IMG/VR virus record: IMGVR_UViG_3300021375_001810
Source of the DNA: a virus
DNA: 64,000 bases
Direction: 5' to 3' (one strand)
Numbering within the stretch: position 1 is the stretch's first letter; the number at the start of each line of letters is the position of its first letter. The notes beneath the pieces are model-generated. The model was not told where the DNA came from, did no database searches, and saw only the letters and a program-made list of their open reading frames with translations. Positions 1-8,555 of this stretch are shown here, piece by piece. The position numbers were made by a program, and so were the translations under genes.

Positions 1-36
1 TCAACAACATACAAGACTTGATAAGGAGCAAGGATC

Positions 37-240
37 ATGGCTGAACAAAAAATTACATTTGAAGAATCTCTTGAAGATGATGATTGGGGTTTGATTGTTA
101 GTAATACTGGCGAACTTAAAGGATTATTCATTCCTGATGGTAAAGACGAAGATGACGTACCAGAAGCCATTGTAAAACTATGTGCTACATACTTTGGAGT
201 GTCTGAAGAAGAATTTTATGAAGGACCAACGGTACACTAA
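37..240 (+). CDS. hypothetical acidic phage protein
   Basis: ORF with upstream AGGA; stop overlaps next start (TAATG). Confidence 0.7.
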   Translation: MAEQKITFEESLEDDDWGLIVSNTGELKGLFIPDGKDEDDVPEAIVKLCATYFGVSEEEFYEGPTVH

Positions 241-479
241 TGACACCGCAAGAAATTTTTGAATACAAACAACGTTGGATGCCAGGCTACCCTGTAAGAC
301 TACACAGTGATCTACGGTCCAAAGGAAAAGACTGGTGTAAAAAATTAGATAAATGGGAATGGAATTTTAAGCAATATACTAATAACTATGAAGATACTTA
401 TTATTTTAAAAACATATATGCATCTCAAAATTTTGAGATGGAACATTCAAGGTGGGTAATATATGACGATGCCGATTGA
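240..479 (+). CDS. hypothetical phage protein
   Basis: translationally coupled ORF. Confidence 0.65.
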   Translation: MTPQEIFEYKQRWMPGYPVRLHSDLRSKGKDWCKKLDKWEWNFKQYTNNYEDTYYFKNIYASQNFEMEHSRWVIYDDAD

Positions 480-666
480 ACGTAAATGGGCCATTGATAA
501 TACAAAAAAGTTTTTACTTGATTTAATGGATCCTAAAAAAACGCCTAGAGTTCCTATGGACATTAGGCGAGAAGCTCGGAGATGTTTAAAACATTATCCA
601 GATGAGTATCATATGGAGCAAGCACAGCAACTTGCTCCAGAAGTATTTGGGGAGCATAGTGGCTAA
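463..666 (+). CDS. hypothetical phage protein
   Basis: coupled ORF in small-gene run. Confidence 0.65.
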   Translation: MTMPIERKWAIDNTKKFLLDLMDPKKTPRVPMDIRREARRCLKHYPDEYHMEQAQQLAPEVFGEHSG

Positions 667-824
667 GAAAGCACCTAAGATAGGAGACAAAGTCGAACAC
701 ACTTGTACGTTAAATGGAACATTTCAAGGTGTTGTTATAGAAGTGTTGTCGACACAATTTATATACAAAACCGCAGATGGCCACGACAGATTTTGTTTGT
801 TTAAAGAAATATGGAAAAAACTAG

Positions 825-1247
825 ATGAAAGTTAGAATAGGTCCTTATAGAAAGAACAGAGCGTTCAATATAGAAATTGAACCGTTTGACACATGGAGCA
901 TGGACCATACACTTGCTCCTATTATTTTACCTATGTTAATTCAACTACAAGAAACTAAACACGGTTCACCATTTGTAGATAACGATGATGTGCCAGAAGA
1001 ACTTCGTATGCCTGATGGCTGGTACGAATCCGAGTACAACAAGAACGGTGAAACAGATGAGAAGTTTCACGAGCGTTGGGACTGGGTAATGAAAGAAATG
1101 ATTTATGCTTTCGACTGTAAAGCAAACAAGGACGAAGTATATATGCGTTTTGATATAAAAGATCGAGACGCAATGGACAAAGAACAAGAAAGAATATCTA
1201 ACGGATTTAGATTATTTGGAAAGTATTATGAAAACCTCTGGGATTGA
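825..1247 (+). CDS. conserved hypothetical phage protein
   Basis: DTWSMDHTLA..IILPML and GFRLFGKYY motifs resemble a widespread T4-like phage hypothetical family. Confidence 0.7.
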   Translation: MKVRIGPYRKNRAFNIEIEPFDTWSMDHTLAPIILPMLIQLQETKHGSPFVDNDDVPEELRMPDGWYESEYNKNGETDEKFHERWDWVMKEMIYAFDCKANKDEVYMRFDIKDRDAMDKEQERISNGFRLFGKYYENLWD

Positions 1248-1638
1248 TTTGGAAAATTTAGACGATACTACGACACAAGAAGAATACAATAAAGTCTCTT
1301 CTGAAAGTAGGGCTCGTAATCTTGCGATGGAATTATCTAAAGAGAAAAAACGTTTAAAGCAAGAGCTTGCAGAATTACAACAGGAAAACGAAGAACTTAC
1401 TCCTACTACTCCGACTGGCACACCTGACTGGTATGTTAAATGGTTTAGCATGGTAGCGGCTGTTATAGGTGTGTTTTCTATTAGTGCAGGCTTTACAATG
1501 TTTGGACAGGTAGCATATGTACTCAGTAGTGGTGGTTGGGTATATGTAGGCATGGCCTGGGGTGATAGAGCAATCATGATAGGTAGTGCTATAAGCGGAA
1601 CAGCAGTAATGATGAATATAGTAACGAGTTTAACATGA
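1216..1638 (+). CDS. coiled-coil plus 3-TM membrane protein
   Basis: heptad-rich N-half, hydrophobic C-half (DWYVKW...). Confidence 0.65.
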   Translation: MESIMKTSGIDLENLDDTTTQEEYNKVSSESRARNLAMELSKEKKRLKQELAELQQENEELTPTTPTGTPDWYVKWFSMVAAVIGVFSISAGFTMFGQVAYVLSSGGWVYVGMAWGDRAIMIGSAISGTAVMMNIVTSLT

Positions 1639-2084
1639 AAAAGTATTACATACTAGCAGGTGTAGTTTACACCGTGTTTATAGGCTTTATAGCAAGCACT
1701 ATACAGCAGAGGCTTACAATGGAAGAACTTAGACCTCAATATGAGGAAGAGTATTGTGAAGTTGTATATGAATACACAGGCGAAGTAGGTGGCGACGAGT
1801 GGAATGAACTCTTTGCTATTGCTGTAGAGAATGAAGAAGAACGAGACGAGTTACAAGAAATAATTGACGAAGGTATAGACAAGTTATACGAAGAAGAATT
1901 TGGCGAAAGCCGTAATCAAAGTGATGCTGATGCATATATTAGTTTATTCTACAACTTGTCAGATCCTATTAATTGGTTATTTACATTATTAATTGCTACA
2001 TTTATAGCAAGTTTCTATCTAGTATTTTATAGTTGCAAACTTGCAATTGAAAGACACTTTAAAGGAACTAATAAAGATGACTGA
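1635..2084 (+). CDS. membrane protein with acidic central domain
   Basis: N- and C-terminal hydrophobic helices flanking a Glu-rich region. Confidence 0.65.
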   Translation: MKKYYILAGVVYTVFIGFIASTIQQRLTMEELRPQYEEEYCEVVYEYTGEVGGDEWNELFAIAVENEEERDELQEIIDEGIDKLYEEEFGESRNQSDADAYISLFYNLSDPINWLFTLLIATFIASFYLVFYSCKLAIERHFKGTNKDD

Positions 2085-2318
2085 CATGTTTGAAGCAACA
2101 AATCCAGATGTTAAAATTATTGCAGAGTTAGCAAAAGAAACCGAAATTGCCGATCCAATAAATTGGGGCAACTTAAATATTAGTGAAGAACAAGCATACA
2201 TTATGATGGCTAGTCATGCTGCTGAAATGGAAGTTGAGCCGTTAGTAATGAAATCATTAATAACAAAATTGTTGGTTGAAAACTTTGTTCTTAATGTTAA
2301 ACTAATGCAAAGTAAAGG

Positions 2319-2347
2319 TTGACACGTAATACGTTTTACTATATAAT
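2319..2347 (+). promoter_or_regulatory. sigma70-type early promoter
   Basis: perfect TTGACA-N17-TATAAT followed by AGGAGG RBS before 2369. Confidence 0.85.
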
Positions 2348-2368
2348 AGTTTTAAATTAGGAGGATAT

Positions 2369-2602
2369 ATGTCTACTGTTTACGAAGATAGAGTTGAAAT
2401 TTTATGCACAGACAACGGAAAAACCGTTGAAGCTGAAATAGATAACTTTAGAGAAAACCAATCGTTAAATGCATTTATTGCAGGTAACAAAATTCACATG
2501 GTATACAACGGTAAGGTGTATGTCGGAAATCAAATAGGATTAGAGTTTCAAACTACTGGTCCAAAGCAAATTGCAAAATTAAGAGGTAGATATGAAAGAT
2601 AA
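2369..2602 (+). CDS. hypothetical phage protein
   Basis: strong RBS AGGAGG. Confidence 0.75.
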   Translation: MSTVYEDRVEILCTDNGKTVEAEIDNFRENQSLNAFIAGNKIHMVYNGKVYVGNQIGLEFQTTGPKQIAKLRGRYER

Positions 2603-2795
2603 TATTGAAGTTATGGAAGGACCATATGCAAAGGCTTTGACAGAAGATGTCGAAGGTGTTCTTTATCGAGAAATTAAAACTGTACGTGTAAAAGATGGCA
2701 TGCTAACTGAGTATGTTACAAAACGTAGTTATCATGAAAGTGGCGATTATAATGATACGTCATCAATTTCACCAATTATAAAGGTAGGATCATAA
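2592..2795 (+). CDS. hypothetical phage protein
   Basis: RBS GAGG, coupled to clpP. Confidence 0.65.
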   Translation: MKDNIEVMEGPYAKALTEDVEGVLYREIKTVRVKDGMLTEYVTKRSYHESGDYNDTSSISPIIKVGS

Positions 2796-3382
2796 TGCCG
2801 TTAGTACCTATGGTAGTAGAGCAAGAGTCACGTGGCGAACGTTCATATGACATTTATAGCCGATTACTTAAAGACCGTATTGTAATGCTTAATGGTCCAG
2901 TTGAAGATAATGTTGCTAACTTAGTTGTTGCTCAAATGTTATTTTTAGAAAGTGAAAATCCTGATAAGCCTATTAATTTTTATATTAATAGTCCGGGCGG
3001 TGTAATTACAAGTGGCATGAGCATTTATGACACTATGCAATATATCAAATCGCCTGTTCATACTATTGTAATGGGACAAGCATGTTCAATGGGTTCATTC
3101 CTTGCTCAAGCAGGTGAGCCAGGCAAACGTAAGATGTTGCCATATGCTCGTCATATGATTCATCAGCCAAGCGGTGGTTCACGTGGTATGCAAAGTGATA
3201 TTGAAATTCAATATCAAGAAATAACTAAAATGAAAACTATCCTTACTGAGTTGTATGTTAAACATAATTCAAAAGGTAAGACATACGAAGACTTTGAAAG
3301 AGACATGGATCGTGATACATTTATGTCTGCTCAAGAAGCACTTGACTATGGATTAGTTGATCAAATTGTGGAGAAAAAATAA
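2795..3382 (+). CDS. clpP: ATP-dependent Clp protease proteolytic subunit
   Basis: [28 protein letters not shown], catalytic Ser (ACSMG), His (MIHQP), Asp (DRD). Confidence 0.97.
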   Translation: MPLVPMVVEQESRGERSYDIYSRLLKDRIVMLNGPVEDNVANLVVAQMLFLESENPDKPINFYINSPGGVITSGMSIYDTMQYIKSPVHTIVMGQACSMGSFLAQAGEPGKRKMLPYARHMIHQPSGGSRGMQSDIEIQYQEITKMKTILTELYVKHNSKGKTYEDFERDMDRDTFMSAQEALDYGLVDQIVEKK

Positions 3383-3567
3383 TGCCTATTCCGGAAAGAG
3401 TAACAGTACCAGAACCTAGAGACCCAAGCAAGAAACATTTTTATATTAGTCTTGTAAAAAGTGGGGTTAGAATTGTAGCAGGAATTGCTCTTTTCATGGG
3501 TGGTTATGCGGCCGCTGGTGTGTTGTTTATCGGAGCAGAACTTTTAGGTATTGCGGAGGAATTATAA
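3382..3567 (+). CDS. small membrane protein
   Basis: hydrophobic C-half, coupled ORF. Confidence 0.65.
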   Translation: MPIPERVTVPEPRDPSKKHFYISLVKSGVRIVAGIALFMGGYAAAGVLFIGAELLGIAEEL

Positions 3568-3878
3568 TGAGTGCAGCCGCTATGAGAGTTGACGAACTAA
3601 AAGAGTTTGTTGCTGAGAAAAAAGGTATTCCAACTGAAGAAGCACTAACTAAAATGTTACAAGAAAATGTTTTAGTAGTAACATTCAATAAACTTGATGG
3701 TGCTGAAAGAGTAATGACATGTACAAAATCGTTCAAAGTCATTCCAGAAGAAAATCACCCTAAAGACAGTAACACGAAACCTAAATTAGGTACTGTCACA
3801 GTTTGGGACACAAACGCTAAAGGTTGGCGTAGTTTCAAATATGATCGTGTAACAAAAGTAGAAGAAGGGAACGTTTAA
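3567..3878 (+). CDS. WYL_2/DUF2693-like SH3 beta-barrel protein
   Basis: VTFNKLDG.ER.M.CT and VWD....GWRSF motifs. Confidence 0.75.
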   Translation: MSAAAMRVDELKEFVAEKKGIPTEEALTKMLQENVLVVTFNKLDGAERVMTCTKSFKVIPEENHPKDSNTKPKLGTVTVWDTNAKGWRSFKYDRVTKVEEGNV

Positions 3879-3886
3879 ACTTATTC

Positions 3887-3976
3887 GGAGAGTTGGCTGA
3901 GTGGTCGAAAGCGGCACCCTGCTAAGGTGTTATACGGGCAACTGTATCGAGGGTTCGAATCCCTCACTCTCCGCCA
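3887..3976 (+). tRNA. tRNA-Ser(GCT)
   Basis: cloverleaf, CACC-CT-GCT-AA-GGTG anticodon arm, long variable arm, GTTCGAATC, encoded CCA. Confidence 0.95.
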
Positions 3977-3980
3977 AGAT

Positions 3981-4054
3981 GCGGGTGTAGTATAATGGTA
4001 TTATCACAGCCTTCCAAGCTGAGGACAGGGGTTCGATTCCCCTCACCCGCTCCA
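3981..4054 (+). tRNA. tRNA-Gly(TCC)
   Basis: GCGGGTG/CACCCGC acceptor, CT-TCC-AA loop, TCCA end. Confidence 0.95.
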
Positions 4055-4097
4055 TTAACTAGTAGTACAAACTAATAAGTAATCAGAGGTTACATTT

Positions 4098-4388
4098 ATG
4101 AAGATTCGCCCATTACACGATCGAGTGATCGTACGTCGTGAGGAAGAAGAAAAGAAAACAGCAGGTGGTATTTTCCTACCTGGTACAGCACAAGAAAAAC
4201 CTAACCAAGGAGAAGTAATTGCCGTCGGCAGTGGAAGGGTTTTAGAAAACGGAGAAGTTACTCCAGTCGATGTTAATGTCGGTGACATTATTGTATTTGG
4301 TCAATTTGCCGGTAGTGATAAGATTGATGCAGACGGTGAAGAACTAATTATTCTTAGCGAAGGCGATATTAAAGCCGTAATTGAATAG
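4098..4388 (+). CDS. groES: co-chaperonin GroES (bacterial-like)
   Basis: [33 protein letters not shown]. Confidence 0.96.
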   Translation: MKIRPLHDRVIVRREEEEKKTAGGIFLPGTAQEKPNQGEVIAVGSGRVLENGEVTPVDVNVGDIIVFGQFAGSDKIDADGEELIILSEGDIKAVIE

Positions 4389-4455
4389 AAAGGAAGCGTA
4401 GAGCCGCTTTAGAAAAGAAGGCAAGTAAGCGTCGATAAATAATTGACGCAATTAT

Positions 4456-4531
4456 GCTCCCGTAGCTCAGCAGGCAGAGCAACTGATTTGTAATCAGTAG
4501 GTCGTTGGTTCGATTCCGACCGGGAGCTCCA
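4456..4531 (+). tRNA. tRNA-Thr(TGT)
   Basis: GCTCCCG/CGGGAGC acceptor, TT-TGT-AA loop, CCA. Confidence 0.95.
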
Positions 4532-4537
4532 CTTTTT

Positions 4538-4612
4538 TCCGCAGTAGCTCAGTGGTAGAGCAGTTGACTGTTAATCAATTGGTCGTAGGTTCGACCCCTA
4601 CCTGCGGAGCCA
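4538..4612 (+). tRNA. tRNA-Asn(GTT)
   Basis: TCCGCAG/CTGCGGA acceptor, CT-GTT-AA loop, GCCA. Confidence 0.95.
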
Positions 4613-4681
4613 TCTTTTTACTTGACACATCTATTATTAGATGTTATGTTAGTATAGTAGAAACAAAGAAAGGACCCTAAG

Positions 4682-4987
4682 ATGAGAGAATGGGTATACA
4701 ACTGTTGGAATGTAGTAATGGATCACGAAAAGAATCCACTAAGTAATATTCCGGATTTTAGTACACGACATATGATCATGCAGGTACTAGCATGGATGTG
4801 GTGTATTGTGTTTGCTATCATCGTAGGTAGCATGTGGGCAGGCGTCATTAGTATGGTGCTTCATGCATTGTTGCTAGGTGCGATTGCAGTTACAGTAGTA
4901 ACATTTGAAACAGCAAAACGCAATCCAAAAATGTTTGTACGTGATAATATAATTAACTCTCGCGGTGTTGGTGGCGAACATGAGTGA
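4682..4987 (+). CDS. membrane protein (W..VMD...NPL..IPD family), paralog of 10008..10418
   Basis: two TM helices; motif shared with second copy. Confidence 0.75.
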   Translation: MREWVYNCWNVVMDHEKNPLSNIPDFSTRHMIMQVLAWMWCIVFAIIVGSMWAGVISMVLHALLLGAIAVTVVTFETAKRNPKMFVRDNIINSRGVGGEHE

Positions 4988-5306
4988 TTACACTTGCGAC
5001 AACTGGGTAGTTATCAAGATGAAAGGCGATGATCCTCACTATCGTCTTCTTGTTGGAACATCTGGCGGTTACTTAGATGGCGACAGTTGGCGTATGAACA
5101 GCGGTATCACGGGTGTAGAGAAACAGGCATATCTGTATGGATTCTATGGTAGTTCTGGTTCTGTGTATTGGTGCCATCAAGGAGGTTACGGGTTGCGTAT
5201 GAATAACGCCGGCGTGTATAATCAACTTAAAGAACGCTTTGGGGATACAGTTGAACTGATGCCTGAAGATACAGACTGGATGAATATGGATTGGATTATC
5301 ACTTAG
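4980..5306 (+). CDS. conserved hypothetical phage protein
   Basis: GGYLDGDSWRMNSGI and GSSGSVY motifs; ATG at 4980 preferred over 4965. Confidence 0.7.
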   Translation: MSDYTCDNWVVIKMKGDDPHYRLLVGTSGGYLDGDSWRMNSGITGVEKQAYLYGFYGSSGSVYWCHQGGYGLRMNNAGVYNQLKERFGDTVELMPEDTDWMNMDWIIT

Positions 5307-5309
5307 AGG

Positions 5310-5343
5310 TTGACACAACAAAATAAAGAGTGTATTATAAATA
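5310..5343 (+). promoter_or_regulatory. overlapping sigma70 (TTGACA-N17-TATTAT) and late (TATAAATA) promoters
   Basis: motifs at 5310-5315, 5333-5338 and 5336-5343. Confidence 0.7.
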
Positions 5344-5369
5344 CATAATAAGGAATACGGAATACTAAC

Positions 5370-5429
5370 ATGTCACAGACTAACACAATTTATATTACAA
5401 ATTGGCCACCTACCGGGGGTATGTCTTGA
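5370..5429 (+). CDS. putative leader peptide MSQTNTIYITNWPPTGGMS (19 aa)
   Basis: ATG..TGA ORF between promoter and terminator; below ORF-track cutoff. Confidence 0.5.
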   Translation: MSQTNTIYITNWPPTGGMS

Positions 5430-5457
5430 CGTGACTTTTTAAAAAGTTATTTTAAGC

Positions 5458-5494
5458 AAGCCCCTAGCAGTTAATTCGGTTAGGGGCTTTTTTT
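5458..5494 (+). terminator. intrinsic terminator (candidate attenuator)
   Basis: AAGCCCCTAGC / GTTAGGGGCTT stem followed by a T7 run. Confidence 0.85.
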
Positions 5495-5584
5495 ATAAAC
5501 TACACTACGCCTTACTGCAATAAGGTGTTTTTGCAGAGACAGAGGCCTCGAAAGGGCTAAAGATAGTGTAGTTCATAAAAAAAG
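5487..5584 (+). ncRNA. structured RNA of unknown function directly 5' of tRNA-Trp
   Basis: 21-bp closing stem with one mismatch (5487-5507 / 5564-5584) enclosing two hairpins and a possible pseudoknot. Confidence 0.55.
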
Positions 5585-5588
5585 TTTT

Positions 5589-5663
5589 ATGTGAGTGGTG
5601 TTAATGGTAGCACAGCGGTCTCCAAAACCGTTAGTCGGGGTTCGAATCCCTGCTCGCATGCCA
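5589..5663 (+). tRNA. tRNA-Trp(CCA)
   Basis: ATGTGAG/CTCGCAT acceptor, CGGT-CT-CCA-AA-ACCG, GCCA end. Confidence 0.92.
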
Positions 5664-5713
5664 ATTACCACTTTCTTGACTTTTAATTAAAAAGAAGTAT
5701 AATTATATTATAT

Positions 5714-5789
5714 GGGGCTGTAGCTCAGTTGGGAGAGCGACTGGTTTGCATCCAGTAGGTCGTAGGTTCGATCCCTATCAGCTCCACCA
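5714..5789 (+). tRNA. tRNA-Ala(TGC)
   Basis: GGGGCTG/CAGCTCC with G3.U70 identity pair, TT-TGC-AT loop, ACCA; own TTGACT-N16-TATAAT promoter at 5676-5703. Confidence 0.95.
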
Positions 5790-5797
5790 TTTTAATT

Positions 5798-6253
5798 ATG
5801 AAAGAATTAGTAGTTTTAGTAGGAGCACTTTTGTTAGCAAGAGTGTTACCTATATTAGATCCAAGTTACGCAAACTTTACCCCATTGTTTGCTGTAGCAA
5901 TATTCTTTCCGTTAACACAAAATAAACTATTATCTTATTCTGTACCGCTAGGAGTAATGTTTTTATCAGACTTATTCTTAGGTTTTAGTGCAATAAATTT
6001 AGTAGTGTATTTTGTGTTAGCACTTATCATATCATTATCACGTAGCATTAACAATTATGTTTATACTAGTATTATTGGTATAGGACTGTGGCATGTTATT
6101 GTAAACTTCTTTGTGTGGTTATCAAATCCTAGTATGTCATTATTACAAACTTATGCAATGGCTATACCATTTGACTTTAAACTGTTACTAAGCACATTAG
6201 TATATGGTACAGCATTGTCATTATTATTACAAAGGAAACATGCTTACACTTAA
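5798..6253 (+). CDS. DUF6580-like putative transporter membrane protein
   Basis: R......NFTP..A.A.F, P...M..SD...G, NF.VW, Y..AIPF motifs; multi-TM. Confidence 0.75.
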   Translation: MKELVVLVGALLLARVLPILDPSYANFTPLFAVAIFFPLTQNKLLSYSVPLGVMFLSDLFLGFSAINLVVYFVLALIISLSRSINNYVYTSIIGIGLWHVIVNFFVWLSNPSMSLLQTYAMAIPFDFKLLLSTLVYGTALSLLLQRKHAYT

Positions 6254-8057
6254 AAAAGGAAGAATTAAAAAAGATTTGAAAAGATTATTTAGAATTGACA
6301 ATATTATAACTATGGGCTTAATAGCACTACTGTTTTTTGGATTACGAGCCAATGCAGATGACCATTTAACATACCATGGACACACAGTTGACCCATTAGA
6401 AATTACAATATATGCATACCGTACAGCAAGTGATCACAGAGCAAAAACATACAGTTCAAATGTAATAGAAGCAGACGAACTAGACGATATAGAAGTATCT
6501 GGAGTTGACTTACAAACAACTGGACCTAAAGGACAACAAACAAGTTTGTTTATTAGAGGTACAAATAGCAATCATTCATTAATTGCTATTAACGGTATTA
6601 GTATTAAAGACCATAGTACAATTTCTGGAAATGACGATCTAGGACAAATAGGAATATTAGGGTTTGATCAAATTGAAATTATAAAAGGCCCGGCTGGTTC
6701 ATTGTATGGACCTGATGCTGTTGGAGGTGTAATTAACTTACAATCAGGTATTAATTATAATAATGAATTAAAGTATACACTAGGATCAAACAACCTAAAG
6801 AAACAAAATTTAAGTCTTGGTGAAAGTGTAGGTGCTCATCTTTTTAGCCTTGATATTGAAAAAGAATCTAGTGATAGTATCAGTGTAGCAGAAGGTCCTG
6901 AAACTGATCCATATGTATTTCGTAATTACAACTTTGTATACGAAACATATTTAGACAATGGATATGTGTTAACTGGAAATTTAATTGGTAGAAATAACGA
7001 TAGCAATCTTGACGGAGGTGGTGTTGATGATCTTGACTATACAGGTAATTGGAAATTTAACAATAGACAAATAGCACTAAAGAATAAAACTACTGCGTTT
7101 GTTTATAATAATTCAGAACATAAAAGACAATACACAGATGACGGATTGGTTAGTAACTATAACAGTATTAGCGATACATTTTTAACACATAAAACGTCTA
7201 CAATAAACGAAATAGACTTTACATATGGACTAGAGTACGTAACTTCTAAAGCAGATTTTGAAGTTAATTTGCCATATTATACTTCATTAGTAAATGCAAC
7301 ACGTAATAATACAGGACTATTCTTTGGTAGTGATTATGTAATAGACGGTACTGTTGGGTCGTTTGGTGTAAGATATGACAATGCTAGTAACTTCAAAAAC
7401 GAATGGACATATAGAGTTGGTATAGCAAGAGGCAATTATAGGTTAAGTCATTCAACAGGATTTAAAACTCCTACCGTTTACGAAATGTATGGTATAGATA
7501 ATTACGGTTTTGAAGGCAATCCAAACTTATTTTCTGAAACTAGTAAGTCTTATGAAATTGGATATAATGACGGAGCATTAGATGTTGCGGTGTTTACTAC
7601 TTCAGTTAAGGATACATTGACATACGAAGGTTCAACATATAACAATAAAGGTACAAGTAGACACAATGGTGTAGAAATACAATATACAAATACGTTTGGT
7701 CCAGTAACTCTAGTAAACGGTTATACATTATTGTTTACAGAAGATACAAACGGACAGGATCTTTTGCGTCGACCAAAACATAGTTACAACGGTAATATAT
7801 ATTATGATGTTGACAGTACTACTAGACTAAAACTTAATGCAAGGTATGACGGAAAGTATGACGATATTCACAGTTCGACTTGGCAAAGAACAGAAATGCC
7901 GTCAGTATCACTTTTTGATGTGTCATACCAAAAGTATGTGGACAACATTTTATTTGAAATAAAGGTTGACAACGTAACTAATAAGCGTTATAATAAACCA
8001 CATGGATACAAGCAGACAGGTAGAACATACCTTGCTAGTATTGCATACATATTTTGA
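6240..8057 (+). CDS. TonB-dependent outer-membrane receptor, BtuB-like
   Basis: signal peptide ending ANA, plug motifs SLFIRGTNSNH and IEIIKGP.GSLYG.DAVGGVIN, C-terminal Phe; ATG 6240 has AAGGA RBS. Confidence 0.9.
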   Translation: MLTLKKGRIKKDLKRLFRIDNIITMGLIALLFFGLRANADDHLTYHGHTVDPLEITIYAYRTASDHRAKTYSSNVIEADELDDIEVSGVDLQTTGPKGQQTSLFIRGTNSNHSLIAINGISIKDHSTISGNDDLGQIGILGFDQIEIIKGPAGSLYGPDAVGGVINLQSGINYNNELKYTLGSNNLKKQNLSLGESVGAHLFSLDIEKESSDSISVAEGPETDPYVFRNYNFVYETYLDNGYVLTGNLIGRNNDSNLDGGGVDDLDYTGNWKFNNRQIALKNKTTAFVYNNSEHKRQYTDDGLVSNYNSISDTFLTHKTSTINEIDFTYGLEYVTSKADFEVNLPYYTSLVNATRNNTGLFFGSDYVIDGTVGSFGVRYDNASNFKNEWTYRVGIARGNYRLSHSTGFKTPTVYEMYGIDNYGFEGNPNLFSETSKSYEIGYNDGALDVAVFTTSVKDTLTYEGSTYNNKGTSRHNGVEIQYTNTFGPVTLVNGYTLLFTEDTNGQDLLRRPKHSYNGNIYYDVDSTTRLKLNARYDGKYDDIHSSTWQRTEMPSVSLFDVSYQKYVDNILFEIKVDNVTNKRYNKPHGYKQTGRTYLASIAYIF

Positions 8058-8117
8058 AGGATTTACCTTTAGAATTAATAACCGAAGGTAAGACTTCACA
8101 ATAGAGAGAAAGATAGA

Positions 8118-8315
8118 ATGGTAACAGGAAAAGTAAAATGGTTTGATGCAACTAAAGGATTTGGGTTCATTACCCCAGACGATGGCGGAGCAGATGTATT
8201 TGCACATCACTCAGGCATCAATGGAGATGGATACAAGTCTTTAGCAGAAAACCAAGAAGTTACATTTGAAATAATTGAAGGCCCTAAAGGTCTACAAGCA
8301 ACCAACATCACGTAG
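8118..8315 (+). CDS. cspA: cold-shock protein
   Basis: GKVKWF...KGFGFI (RNP1), DVFAH (RNP2), GPKGLQA. Confidence 0.95.
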   Translation: MVTGKVKWFDATKGFGFITPDDGGADVFAHHSGINGDGYKSLAENQEVTFEIIEGPKGLQATNIT

Positions 8316-8327
8316 TATAACTTAGTA

Positions 8328-8402
8328 GGCCCGTTCGTCTAGTGGTTAGGACACATGGTTTTCATCCATGCAACAGGAGTTCGATTCTCCTACGGGCTAC
8401 CA
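8328..8402 (+). tRNA. tRNA-Glu(TTC)
   Basis: GGCCCGT/ACGGGCT acceptor, CATGG-TT-TTC-AT-CCATG, CCA. Confidence 0.93.
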
Positions 8403-8408
8403 TTTTAC

Positions 8409-8483
8409 GGTCTGGTAGTTAAACGGTTATAATTCCGCCCTGTCACGGCGGCGTTCGGGGTTCGATTCCCCGTCAGACCGCCA
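8409..8483 (+). tRNA. tRNA-Asp(GTC)
   Basis: GGTCTGG/TCAGACC acceptor, CCGCC-CT-GTC-AC-GGCGG, GCCA. Confidence 0.93.
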
Positions 8484-8490
8484 TTAGTGG

Positions 8491-8519
8491 TTGACATTTA
8501 ATCTATTAGAGGTTATAAT
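8491..8519 (+). promoter_or_regulatory. sigma70-type promoter for ligase
   Basis: perfect TTGACA-N17-TATAAT. Confidence 0.85.
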
Positions 8520-8555
8520 GTATATAACAATTAGGCAAATACAAAGAGGCAACAT

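Noticed and set aside
5508-5563. HDV-like/theta or hammerhead ribozyme
   Set aside because: Hairpin followed by GCTAA resembles HDV J4/2, but I could not build P1/P1.1/P2/P3; there is no CUGANGA core; and the element lies 5', not 3', of the tRNA.
5790-6240. Cobalamin riboswitch before the TonB receptor cassette
   Set aside because: No room (8 nt after tRNA-Ala) and no B12-box-like sequence.
8055-8100. Hairpin upstream of cspA (TTACCTT/AAGGTAA) as an RNA thermometer
   Set aside because: Plausible, but it is a single modest stem that does not cover the RBS; insufficient support.
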